Below, in pieces: positions 40,539 to 54,790 of a stretch of 64,000 nucleotides of DNA (within the stretch, counting starts at the first letter, position 1; every line of letters begins with the position of its first letter). The stretch lies in the NCBI RefSeq assembly GCF_009914755.1, contig NC_060944.1, one strand, 5' to 3'. The DNA comes from the human T2T-CHM13v2.0 reference genome, Homo sapiens. A model generated the notes under the pieces. That model made no database searches and was not told the DNA's origin. It saw nothing but the letters and a program-made list of their open reading frames with translations. Position numbers and translations under genes: made by a program.

Positions 40539-42329
40539 GGCCTCTTAGCTTTGATGTGTAAACTCCTAACCCCTAGTTTCTTTATTGGAAAAATGGGAAT
40601 AATCTTCTTCCCAATGTTACTTTTGGTTTTAAATTAAGATATGTATTGGAAAATGTTTTGCAAACTTTAAAACAGTGTATAACTCTTGCTTTAATGCATT
40701 CCTCCATTTTTTCCATTTGTTCAAGCATATTAATTGAATAATTACTTCAGATGAAATAAGATTGAGTTCTTGCTTTCAAAAAGAACGCTGTCTACTAAAG
40801 AGACAGATAATTAAACAACTAGTTGTACTACAGAGTGATGAACTTTCTACAGTAAGAAAATGGTAGAGGGGATTGGAGGTTTGCGCCCAAGTCCATTATT
40901 GAACCTCGCCAGAGATATGTAATTAAAATAATTCTAAAATATATTTTGTAAGTAACAAAATATTTTTAAAATTATTTAGCTATAAGATGAATGGTTTGTT
41001 AGTAGTTTCTATTTGGGTTCCCATCTTCTTACGGGACCTATATTTTGAAAGGCAAAGAAATCTGTGGGTTGACTGCATTTGGAAAATTTCCCAAGTCAGC
41101 ATAATTCACAGATGAACCTGTCAGGGACCAAAACAACATCCCCAAATGAATATAACTCAAATTATTTTGAAGGTTTAGTCTTTACCTGTGTACTATGCAC
41201 ATGGCATATGATGTTTATTGGCTTTACTTTGATCTACTTTAATCCTGTTTTTTTCCTAAAATAAATTCTCGCTTTAGGGTAATGTGGCTTACTGACACAC
41301 TTCCTATGCACTATGTACACAACTACTGCACCTGTTTAAATCATTCTTTTTAATGGGATGCATCCTGGAGTTCTGAAACGGATCATTTGATGGGATTGCT
41401 AGAATGTTTGCTTCCACTGAACATTTTCAACTTAAGCCCTTAAAAGAAAAACGTTTTTATAACAAAGTAATCTAAGGTAATTGTAATTTTATTTGATTGA
41501 CTGTGTTTAGTCCAAATAAAATTGGTCTGGTGTTCTATCAACCATCAAGTAAAATAGGCGGGATAAAATTATTCTTCTCATAATGAAATAAAAGCATGTG
41601 CAAAGAGAAATGCTGACGTAGGGACTATAAAAGGCATTTCAAAAAATGATAGAAATACTGAGTTGCTGAAAAAAGCATTTCTTATGTTTGCATTATAAGG
41701 CTAGTCACTTGAGCTTTTGGGAATAGATATGTCTTAGAAGCCGCAGTCACATTGTTAGGGATCCTGGGATGGCTGCCTTTAATGATTTAAAAACTCAACA
41801 GGAAATAATTGCTTCAAAAAATTCTGTATGCTGTTCAACCCAAGAGGGACCCTGGCCAAATTCTTATTCTTGGGACTTTCTTGGAAATGGATTAAGGAAG
41901 ATGATGAATAACATTGATCTTTGCTTCCTGCTCCAGGTATGAAAGGCGAGAGCAGTCTTGAAGGGTAGAGGAAGCTGCAGGGCATCTGTGAAGGGGGAGT
42001 GTGGAAAGGGGAATGGTGGGCATACAATCAGTCCCCTCCTCTGTACACTCAGCAGATAACTGGAAAGTGCTCAAACTAGTTCGGGGATGTCTTCTGTTTA
42101 GATTGCTCAGTGGGGATACCCCTCAGTGGGGTTTGTCAGATTTTCATGGTGATTTTAATAATGCACTAGAATAGTAACTTGGACAAATCTTGAGGAATAT
42201 CTGTGTTTAGCAGAATGTGTATATTTACACAGAGAGACACCCATGCTGCAAAGTTTCTTATGACTGCACCTGCAGGGTTGTTTATATTTGTAGATCTTCT
42301 TAATGGAGAATTAAACTGAACCAATGGCA

Positions 42330-43790
<1,461 letters not shown>

Positions 43791-45929
43791 AAGAGTAGAA
43801 AGCAATGAAGTAAAGATCATTCATTACTTTAATGTTGCCATATGTGAAGATGAGGCTGAAGTTTCACACCGCGTGGGGCAGACATGAAACATTTGTACCC
43901 ACATTTTTGGTATACAATCAGGAAGTGCGAAAAACAGAAGGGGGGATTGTGTAGATATTTCGGACATATGTCATCTACATAAACTATTGTTTTATTCAAA
44001 TTAATTTAAACTAGCAGCATTTCTATCAATTTCCTTAAAACAATTCAAAATTCACTTTCTTGAGTAGCCTTTCTGTATTGCATTAATTCAAAGTTCATGA
44101 TGCCCTCAATTTCATCTTTGATGTCTGATGTCATTATAACTGTACAGTAATAGGATTAATTATATCAACAGGCATACCTACATAAAAGTTTTCCCCTTCA
44201 TATCTGGTGTCTTAAGAGGCTTTCCCGGTCATCTTACAATGCACTGAATCATTCATCGAAGAGTCTGGGGGATTCTAGTTAGCATATTTCATGCATGTAT
44301 TTGACTTCCTTTAATGGTAGAAACTATGAGTTGATATATTACTAACAATTACAATCCATTCAGGGTCAAATCCAATGAATACAATAAATCAGCAACCCGT
44401 GGATATACCTGAATTTATAAATAAATATGACTTGATTTCTAGGACATAATAGATAATTTAATATAGCAATCTAATTTCACTTTATTTGAAAACCCTACAA
44501 AAAGCCTAAAAATGTATTTAATTTAAGATCAAATTTGCTCAAAAAGGAGAACAAAATTTATTCTATCCTATCTATCTAGCCACTACAAAATAAATTCACT
44601 CAGGAAAAATATTACTTTGGAATGCAATGTTAGATAGTTGGAGAAAGTGCCTTCACTTTTTAGATTAAGTGTAAAATTTTATATTAAGAGAGAAGCAAAA
44701 TGAAGTTACACACAGGGAAGGTAAACGATTTTAAATCAATGTTTTTAGCCTTTAGTCACTGGTTTTGGAGATGTGTCCAGACTGTTTTTCTAAGATGTTT
44801 GAAACAGAGTTTGATATGTTAAATTTAAGAACAATGTATCTCAATCAATATTTAGAACTCTGGGGAACAAATTTGTTCAATTTATAATACTTTTACTCTT
44901 TATATTGTATGTCAATGAATAGAGAAATGAAACTTTGTCCTCAATTAACAAATTAGATATTGAAAACACATCATACTGATAATAATGATGTTAAAATATT
45001 GCCTTGAAATGATGTCATAGATTTTAATATAATAGTAATGCCAACAATTATAGTGATGAAAATAAGCTTAAAGTATTTGCTCATTTCCTTTGCAGCAGGC
45101 AAATGGGTCATGAATCCCCAAAACATCTTAAGCAGCAATAACATATCTGTAATGGGAGCAGAAGCTCCAAAACAACCTGTTTTGAAGGACAGCCTTCCTG
45201 GGTCCATATTAACTCTGTTGTTTGATTATAAAAAATTAGAGTCATATCACTTTCTAGTTACATTTCATGGGAAATTTCTACATATTTTTATCTTGATTAC
45301 ACTTACCATCACGACAATTTATTCAACTTCCTTTCCTATTTCTAGGCCAGGGGCTGCTCTTGAAGAATCTTTTGAATCCTCCAACCCTGATCCAAAATAG
45401 CATGTACTTTTGAAGATACTTATGCTATTCTGAGAGCACATTTTAATCAGATGTTAATTCATTGCTTTCCACTTGTGGCCTTGACCTATCATACAAAGAT
45501 GAGCTTTGGTTATTTTGTTTTCTGATCACCCAACTTCTATGTCTTATTCGGCAGACCTGGAGAGGCAGTAAAGTTCCCATGGGGTGCTTTCTTTCTGGGA
45601 GCCCCCTGACCTCCTCAGCTTTTGGTTCAGATGAATACTTCTTTAGTGTGACTGAATGTCACCATCCCTCCACTCAACTGTTCCATACTTTGTACTTGAT
45701 AAGAGTTTGTTCCCGACTGTAACACAAATAGTAATATAAGGGGGTTTCTGCTGAGGGAAGAGGTCACATGCTCTCTCTGAAGTGTGGGAGTGGAGAGGAG
45801 AGAACAGCTGCTTGGGAACAGCTTTCATAATAATCCCTGGACGGCAATGCCAGGAGCCATCTGGTGTCCCATTGGCCATCAGCACGCCCTTTAATTTTAC
45901 CAATGGCCTTGATTTCCTGTGACTTTTTT

Positions 45930-46600
45930 TCATATATATTTTGAAATATTTCAAACATATACAAAATTACTGAATATAGTACAATGATGTTTTATAAATC
46001 CACTATTCACATTCAAACATTATTAACAATTGGTTCATTTATTTTATTTATAATCAAATATATTTTAAATCAATGTTCATTCACCTTGGCATTTCTAAAA
46101 TTATGAACTTTGTAAAAAACATTACCCGTGTACTATCTGTCATGCCTGATGAAACTAGCAATTACTGTCTTTATTGGTATTATCTAATACCCAAAACATA
46201 TTCACTTTTTCCTTATGTCTCACAAAATGTCATTTTGCAGTCTGTGTGATTATATCAAGATCCAAACAGGGTTTATACATGACATTTGGTTGTTTATTCA
46301 TCTATAGTAGTACTCACTATATTTTTTAATATCAATGGCTTGCAGACACTGTCATTCCCGTATAGATTTTAACATTCTGGAATTGTCTCTTTACTTGCTT
46401 GTAGGTTGTCTATGTTTCTCCATTTCCTGTGTTTTCTATGAAGATATAGCACTATGTATTAGTTCTAGAGGTTTGATTAGATTCAGGTCTAAACTGTTTT
46501 GGCAAAAACTCTTTCTTTGCTGTTGTCATGTGCTTCACCAACATGAAGCACATCAGAAGGCACTCATTGCTTGTCACACATTTGGTGATGCTAAGTGGGT
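45930..46600 (-). mobile_element. Ancient L1M (L1MC/ME-like) 3' relic
   Basis: ttttgaaatatttcaaacatatacaaaa...gatccaaacaggg...ttagattcagg. Confidence 0.55.
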
Positions 46601-47459
46601 GAACACATTGCTATGTTTGTCATCTCTTCAAGGACTTTGCAGTAGAAAGTGATTTTTTATCCTGAAGATATTAGATGCAATATAACTGCATTTTCCCAAT
46701 GTATTATTTGCATTCTGCTCTTCATAAACTGGTCTTTTTCTTTCAATATAGTCAATATTTTACCTGGCATAAAGTGACCATCTCACCTGATAGGTGCCGG
46801 CTATCCCTTTACAATAGATTTTAGTTAAGTACACTGTGTTTTACAGAAAAGAGCTGAAATTCAGTTGCATGACTATAGCCCAATACTCTAAGGGAATGCA
46901 GATAACACTCTGCAATATTCATTAAAACTGTGATGGCAGCTGCTCACTCTCAGTGAACAATTCTACTCAGCATAATTGAAATTCTGTAAAATAGCAGGAC
47001 TGCATTGAATTAACCCTGAGTCATGAGTTTCCATCTCATTTCAGTTAGATTAGAAAAGGAAAACGTGTTCCTTACATCCATCAGGAAAGACATTACTATG
47101 GGATTAGGACTGAGATAGAAGAGGCTAAATGAATGTTTATCACCAACAAAATAGTTGTACTCACTGTTTTTAGCATGTTTTAGAGCACAATTTTTAATAA
47201 TAAACTTGTTTTTCTTTCAGAGTTGAGAAACCAAGATTTTAGATGCCCTAATGGATATAATTATTCTAATAAATATAAAAGATTTGGGCAAAATTTCAGT
47301 TATAATGTATTGAATTTTCAGTTTCCAATTATGATAAATAGTTTCACTAGAGATGAATCAGAGGATGGAGGTCACAGTTGCTGAAATAGAATTTTGCTGA
47401 TAAATCTCCTTTTCTCTTTCTATTAGTTTATTGGTTTGTTTAGTTATCAATGAATACTC

Positions 47460-47632
47460 TAAAAAATTTAGCCCCTTGAATCACCAGTAGCAACATTCCT
47501 AGAGCTTAGTAGAAATGGTAAAACCTGGGCCCCACCTTAGACCTACCGACTCAGAATCTCTGGGGCCACCCCAGAGACTTTTAGCAAGCCTTCCAGATGA
47601 TTCTCATACACACGAAAGTTTAAGAAGCACAG
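47460..47632. mobile_element. MER5A-type hAT fossil
   Basis: gggccccaccttagacctaccgactcagaatctctgggg...aaagtttaagaagcacag. Confidence 0.8.
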
Positions 47633-47808
47633 CTTTAAATAACACAGCACACAGGGATGAGCATTCTGAGAGTGATTAGGGTGACAGAGAAGGCACACAA
47701 AAGGATTCCTGGCAAATTAGATGGATCCTTGTGACCTGATGACCATAATAATCCATCTGGAACAACTTTGCTTGATAGATTGCATGTTGAGGAGTAGAGT
47801 CCCACTAG

Positions 47809-47898
47809 GGCATTGATCAATGGTTCTGTTTTGGTCCTCATTCTCTAAGTTTAAGGCAATGATCAATGGTTCAGTTTGGGTCCACATTCTCTAAGTTT
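47809..47898. repeat. 46-bp-period tandem duplication (2 copies, 4 mismatches)
   Basis: ggca(t/a)tgatcaatggttc(t/a)gttt(t/g)ggtcc(t/a)cattctctaagttt. Confidence 0.9.
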
Positions 47899-48169
47899 GG
47901 CACTAAAAATCCTATGTCCCTGGAAATCTCTCAGTTCCAGGCAAAGTAAGGTCATTGGTCACCCTAACCATCATGAGGCCAGCAAGCCAATGTCCCAATA
48001 AATGAAACAAGGGCTCTTAAAGTCTCCTGCTTCCTCCCTGATGTTATAACATTGGCTTTGTGAAATGTCACAAGGAAACTGGGTGGCCAGATGAAGTTTT
48101 ATATGGAAAATGTGGTAACTTCCAGCTTACTATGTAAACAACTTTAGGCTCATTTCACTAATTTTTGTA

Positions 48170-48400
48170 TTCAGTAATGGTTAAGAATATGACTGCCCCA
48201 GGCTTCAGCATTAGAATTTTGTTTCTTTTATTTTCTAGCTGTGTGGACTCTGACAGACAAATCAACATCCTAGTGTCTCCATTTCTTCATCTGTGGAATG
48301 GGAATACTAAAGTACCCATTCATAATGTTATTGGAGTATAAAATGAATTCCATATTTAGAACAGTCCTGGTAGACAATTAATTTTACATATTATTACTAG
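48170..48400 (+). mobile_element. MIR SINE
   Basis: gtaatggttaagaat...ttcttcatctgtggaatgggaatact...ttagaacagtcctgg. Confidence 0.8.
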
Positions 48401-48995
48401 TAACCAGGGAACTAATATTGTACACTCATCAACTTTGAAAGTGACATGTAGCACTGAAACATCTTGAGGACTTCATTTAGTTTGAGAATCAAAGAGACAC
48501 TTTGGTCAAGAGAGCAAGTATGTTCAGTTTGCATTTCATGTCCAATCAATTGGTGGTGGCCAGCTGGAATACAATGTTCAGAAGTATTCTGAAGCTGCAT
48601 CTGATATTGTCAGGAAAGAGTAATGCTTTTGATTCATGTTGTCTCTGTGAAATAGTGTGCAGAAGGAATGTTATTTAATTGCCAATGTTATGGTCAAGTA
48701 TCAAGGAAAACTTGGCAGAATATCTAGACGTGTAGATTGTTAAGAGTTGTTCTATGTCATATCATAGCTGTATATCATAAAGGTTTCAGAGAGATATACC
48801 AGACTGGTTCCTTAAGTATATGTTTGATATTATATTATTAAAATTATATTTGCATTTTCCATACTTATGCATTTAGGTGAAATGAATCATGAGCTTATGT
48901 ATATTATAACCAAAATTCATTTTGGACTTCTCAATTATTGAGTTTGAGTCAAACATACAGAGATGTATAGTATTTTGCTTGTGATTATATGAAAT

Positions 48996-49028
48996 ATACA
49001 CATACATACATACATACATACATACATA
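48996..49028. repeat. (TACA)n tetranucleotide repeat
   Basis: Read directly. Confidence 0.9.
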
Positions 49029-49258
49029 TTTTGAAAGAGTTGAAATAATTAAAATAATTGATATTTGTATTTGTTTAAAATTATTGACTCACACTGCAGT
49101 CTTATCCATTTATAGCTTAGAGTTCTTTATTATGCATGCAGTAGTAGAAAAAATAAACATCGTTCATACTTTCATGGAAATAAGGGTCTAATGTAAAAGC
49201 TTGACAACAAATAAAATGTCATACTGATAGCTGTATAATGACAATCAGAGTTGATTGC

Positions 49259-49755
49259 TGTGGGAAGACAATTCTCTATTGGTCTCTTGTGTTTCTGCAT
49301 GCCTTGTGAGCAAGGGCACTGACTGTCCTTTTCTCTGGACTATCTCTTCAGGATTGTTTGTATAGTGAACAGCTTTGGGAGGTAGTGTCCCCCTCTAGAC
49401 AAAAGCACAGGCACACTGTCCAGTGTAATAAAGAGAATGTCTCCTGGAAGAAAGAGCAAGCAAGCCTTTGTCCACTATAAAACATTCAGGCTCCCTAAGC
49501 TCAGGGCTCCCCTTCTGTAATGCAGCACACTGAGTGTTTGTTTGGATGTCACCTGGCTCTCTTTGTATCTCCCTTTAGGAGCTGGGATTCAGAAAAACCA
49601 TGCAAAAATACTAATATTCTGGCTATTGCTATGACTGTGAGTAAAGAACTGTTCTGTAGCTCTTATGCAGGAGTAGATTGTAGACTCTTCTATCAGCATC
49701 TGTAACACTGTTGCACACTAAATTGTTTGCTTGCATCTAGGATAAAATCTGATTT
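49259..49755 (+). mobile_element. Solo ERV LTR (LTR47-like)
   Basis: TG start tgtgggaagacaattctc...gtttctgca...ggcactgactg...ggactatct; TATA-like tataaaa near 49475. Confidence 0.7.
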
Positions 49756-50099
49756 TTACCTTAGGTTTAATGGACACTCTCTCTCTCTCTCTGTCTCTCT
49801 CTCTGTCTTTCTCTCAGTAACAAGATTAAATGTGGGATAATTTCTGCACAAGAGCTTGTAAACATTATACATTTCACTCATAATATGAAATTCATATTTC
49901 TGAGAAAGATAATTGTTATTTGCAAGTAAATTACATCTTGGTGTGACTCACTTGCAAATAACACTTACCAGAAAAACATTTTTTATTCCTACAAGTATCT
50001 TCAATAAAAGATTAAAAAGATGAGTAAATATATGTAGAGCTTCAAGAAGTTTCAGGCCTATACAGAAGAATTTGACCAAGAAAGTTCTGGAACATCCAT

Positions 50100-50460
50100 A
50101 GTTAATGGAAAAATAACTGAGCAGCAGCCATTCTCTGCTGTTCCTGATTTTAATGAGGAGGCCTCTGGTGTTTCACTGTTATATATTGAACTGGCTCTAT
50201 AATTTAGATTTATATCTTTAATCAAGTTGAACAAGAACCATTCTAGTTGCTAGTTTGCTGTTATTAAAAATGGGTATTAAAGCTTATTAAATATCTTTCC
50301 AGCAGCTATTGTGGTGGCCTCTTTCCTTCAATCACTTAATAATATAATACATTATACTAATAGATTTTTCTAATATTAAAACTTCTTTGCATTTCCATTT
50401 GTCACTGCAAACCATTATCATATCCTGTTGAATTAAATTTACAACTTTTTTCCAGTATTT
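50100..50460 (-). mobile_element. Ancient L1M ORF2 relic
   Basis: gttcctgattttaatg...ttattaaatatctttccagcagctattg...ctttgcatttcc. Confidence 0.6.
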
Positions 50461-50992
50461 TATATTTGTTCCTATACTCCTTTGTAGACTCCACTATGAA
50501 AAATGAAACATTTGTTTATACTTCCTTCAATTTGACCTCCTCATTTCCGTTTGTTAATTTGTTTATTTTTTATTCTCCAAACGGTTACCTTAGTAATTGT
50601 ACAACTATGGAAAGTCAAAAAGAGAACTAAATTGAGAGTCAGGAGGACCAGGTTGTAAATAGAGAAAGATGCTCTCTGTTCGTGACCTGCATTTAAGCTA
50701 ACTTCTTCTAAAATATATTTTTTTTCTTTTGTATTCTACAGTTGTACTTTGAAGACTCTAGGTATGTCTTGGAATCCTCTGTGGTCTATTTTCAAATTTA
50801 CCAGATACTTTTATGTAAGCTTTTAAGCTTCACTCATGTTTTAAATTTGGTCTTTTATTTCTTTAGATACAAATACTTTGCATTCTGTATTTTACATTTG
50901 GTAAATCCAACTTCTACCTTCTTTGTGGGTCTGATACTAAAGTTGTTTTGATTTCTCTTTCTCACAAGGTATTGTTCCCGTGGGTGCTTTAA

Positions 50993-51120
50993 GATGGTGT
51001 GTGTATATGTGTGTGTTGGGATGGTGTGTGTATGTGTGTGTGTTGGGATGTTGTGTATGTGTGTGTGTTGGGATGTTTTGTGTATGTGTGTTTGTATGTG
51101 TGTGTGTGTGAGAGAGAGAG
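50993..51120. repeat. TG-rich minisatellite (~26-bp unit gggatg(g)tgtgtgtatgtgtgtgtgtt, ~4 copies) ending in (GA)n
   Basis: Read directly. Confidence 0.9.
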
Positions 51121-51231
51121 AATAAATATTGAAAATTTCCCTGTGGAAATTCTTTGAGGAAATATTTATGCTTACTTCTTCAGCGCTTGGGGGCATCAAG
51201 TATCCATAAAGCCCTTAAAATTATTATTCTT

Positions 51232-51522
51232 GGCTGGGCATGGTGGCTCACATCTGTAATCCCAGGGCTTTGGGAGACTGAGGCAGGAGGATTTCTTCAC
51301 TTGGGCCCAGCAGTTTGAGACCAGACTAGGCAATATAGTGAGACCCTATCTCTACACATACACACAAACACACATACACAAATAGTCAGGCGTGGTGGTG
51401 CATGCCTGTAGTACCAGTTACTCAGAAGGCTGAGGTAGTAAGACAGCTTGAGCCTAGGAGTTCAAGGCTGCAGTGGATTACTATAGTGCCACTGCACTCC
51501 AGCCAAAAACAAAACAAAAAAA
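51232..51522 (+). mobile_element. Alu SINE (AluJ-type) with (CA)-rich linker
   Basis: ggcaatatagtgagaccct and gagcctaggagttcaaggctgcagt J diagnostics. Confidence 0.92.
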
Positions 51523-53334
51523 TCATTAAGTGTGTGTGTGTGTGTCGTGATTTCAAGACTATTCTTTTTAATATCATTGCAGAACTCTTGGTCACTCACT
51601 TTCCTCCCCCATCTTGCCATATGATTGCATTTGTGATTGGTGGTGGTAGTTTGTTTTGTATCTGTAGGTGTCTTTATTTCTACACATCTTCTCTGCCACT
51701 TCACACTAACAGATGTGGCTCAAGATGCAACAAACCTTGCTGCTCCTTACAGTAGAGGGGGCTTTAGTATGGACTTTCTGTCTGTAGATGCCACTTTTAG
51801 GTAACCATTTTGTGTAGACCTGTTTTTCAACTCTTGGCTTTTTTTCTAAACCAGATTTCTTTTTCATTGCACTTTTCAAGCCTTCTTTCATAAACTGTGG
51901 TCTGAGATTTTGCTGCTTACTAACTTCTTTGAAGGTGTAGTTTTCTATAATATTATCATCATCATCATTATTATTTTTATGTTTATTTCAGGAAATTGAG
52001 AGGGGCAGAGATGCCTTCAACAAAGGATCTTCAGCTGAAATTTGGCTTAGATAAGCTTCATCAGACAATGATACAAATTTCTGAGCTCAGAATTGAAATT
52101 GGGTCAGTGAATGTTGGAAGTTATATAGAGTAGTACTCAGTTTAACTTTCCAATAATTCATTGTATTATTCTACATCAACAACTCCCTAGGGTTTCAATA
52201 CTATCTAAATCACATCTTTCAATCTCTCTGCAGATCTGCAATTCTGTGACAATTTATAATGATTATGCAAATAAGTTTATTAATTATAATTGCTATTATG
52301 CCAGAAAACCAAATTCAGCTGATGTTTGGAAACTTCTGATCATCTGAATGTAAAAATGGATTTGACAGTTTTGTAATATTTGAATTTATTGGATGTCTAC
52401 AACTTGGATAATGTGGGCGGTAAAGACATAGCTTGTGGGAAGAGCACAGTCTACCAGCTTTTCTGTATCTCTGGGGATTCCAAATTTCAAAATATTTTAT
52501 TATTTAGATGAAAAAATTAAAAATTGATTATGCTAATATTGAATGTGAAATTATAAATTGCTTTGGATAATTTTGAGTTTCTTAAAATTATTGAACTATT
52601 TTAATTTGTGCCCATATTGAGTTTTGTAAACTCACCACCTCTCATGATAAAATTAAGTACCTAAAGTCCTGTAATTATAGGTGTTCAGACACATAAATGA
52701 GCCTGGATCACTCAACCCGGTTTTCAGCATGCAATTGCATTTGTCATTCATCATGGTTCATAGGCACAAGCAAGCTCAATACAAAAGCCACCCTGCATTA
52801 TTGTCCATCCAGTTTTCTCTCTCCTGGTGTTGTTAAAGATACCCCTTTGTCCTCACCTGCAATTAGAAGACAGAAGGATTCAGAGAACAAGAGTGAATTA
52901 AAACAGGGTCATCATGGGAGTAATTAAATCCTCTGTATGTTAGAGAACCAATCATAAACTCTGGTTTTGCCCCCATAGAACCAATTGTGGTTTTCATTAA
53001 ACAGAGTTCAGAAATCAACTTTTGAGGGACCCTTTCACATATTTTCTGCTTCAGCATGTCTATCTGAATGCTGTATATCCTTAAGCTAATGGGTTCTCCT
53101 GTGTGATTCTGGATTTATGAATGTGAATGCCAAGTTGAAAAATTAGTTTGAACTAAGTGAATCAGTACCATGTGGGTGTTCAGACAAGAAACAAACTTTA
53201 AATTTCTAGATTCTATGTATGTTCTTCCAGTGCCCTCATTGCGAAGTATTGACTAAGTCAACTAATTACACTGTGCCTCGGTGTCCCTGAAGTGATCTGT
53301 GATCTTTTCTGTCTTCTGAGGCAATGCATCTTGA

Positions 53335-53493
53335 ACTGTGAACTTTAGTGTGCACACAGATCACCTGAGGATCTTAATAAAATGATGATTCTGATTCAGT
53401 CGGTTTGGGGGTGGGCCTGAGATTCTAAATTGACTAACTAACTTCCAGAAGATACTAGAGCTATGGTGTTCAGGTCCCACTTTAAGTAACAAG
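53335..53493. mobile_element. MER5A-type hAT fossil
   Basis: atcacctgaggatctt...gattctgattcagtcggtttgggggtgggcctgagattct. Confidence 0.8.
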
Positions 53494-53502
53494 ATCTTAG
53501 AG

Positions 53503-54003
53503 CTGTATGTCCAGTATGGCAGCCACTGCCTCACATGTAGCTATTGACTGCTATAAATGTGGCTAGTGAGATAAAGGAATATGTTTTAAATTTAATTTAA
53601 ATTTATTTTAAATTTAAAAATAATACTTGATTCAGTTATCAGAAAACTATGTTTAAAACCACTTGGATATGTGAATCTATCTTTTCAACCATACACTGTA
53701 TGATGTGTAAATATAGATCAAGTAGTATTGATAAAAATTTAATATCTGAATAGATATTTGCTGTAATCATAAATTATGTAACAGGTTTAGAAGACAGTAC
53801 AAAAAAAGAATGAAATATGTCATCAATATTTTCTATTGATAACATGTTGTAATGGTATTTTGACTATACTGAGTTAAGTATATTATTAAATTAGTTTTGT
53901 GTGTTTCTTCTTACATTTCAAAAATGTAGCCACTAAAAAGTTTAAATATTTTATATATATATACATATATATAGTCATATTGTATTTCCAGTGGAGAGTG
54001 TTG
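53503..54003 (-). mobile_element. MER33/Charlie-family hAT fossil
   Basis: tgtccagtatggcagccact...cacatgtagctattga and ccagtggagagtgttg termini; degenerate 8-bp TSD tcttagag / gtctagag. Confidence 0.8.
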
Positions 54004-54099
54004 GTCTAGAGGGTTGTCCTCAGCCCTTAATTCTAACATAGCTCAGTTATTCATAAGGTCAGGTCCCTAAAACCTGCAGAAACAGTCCTCAAACAGTGT

Positions 54100-54790
54100 C
54101 TCTTCTTTTCTTTTTCCTTAATCTATTTTCCTTTTCTCCCAGCACCATTTTGATTCTCTCTTCCCCTGTATTCTCTCTCTCTCTTTCTCAATAACTGCAT
54201 ATCATCCTGGAGTCTTCTTTCTCAGTCATCTTTTCAGCCAATCAGTTCTCTGTAGATTTCGCCTCATTAATTTCTCTTTTCCCATACCTACCTCCATCAC
54301 AGGCATTTAGGTCCTCATTAGTTTCTCATTCCACTGGGCTGTCTTCTCACTCCATTCATCTCCTCACCTGGTCTGTCTTTTTTCCTAGTACTTGAGTAAG
54401 TAAAAAACAAAAAACCTAAGTATTTTATTTATCTTTTTAACACCCTCCAATAAATTCACATATGCTTTCTGGAGGAAATTAAAATTCTAGATCAACATAA
54501 GAGGCCCTAAATGTTCTATCTCTGCTTTCTTTCCAGACTCTGTCCTCTTCTCCACCCCCTACCACGTATCTTGTATCCAGTCACACTGAATGACTTGTAG
54601 CATCCATTGTGTGACATGGGATGTCTGGTTTGGTGTCTTCACACATGCCTGTTCCTGGTATGTTCTTCCCCTTGTGAAGTCCTGCTCATCTTTCAACACT
54701 CAGCCCATGTCACTTTCTCTACATCTGCTTTTCATGTTGATTTAAATGCCCTTCATTTGTGCATTTCTCTCACTGTAACATGTACATAGT
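54100..54790 (+). mobile_element. Degenerate L2 relic
   Basis: tccagtcacactgaatgacttg...tcctgctcatctttcaacactcagccc. Confidence 0.5.

Noticed and set aside
47809-51120. Short repeats as a possible CRISPR-like array
   Set aside because: Only 2-4 adjacent copies with no unique spacers and no cas genes; eukaryotic context
51750-51766. CTCF-like acagtagagggggc
   Set aside because: 3' half deviates from the GGCRC core; weak match expected by chance
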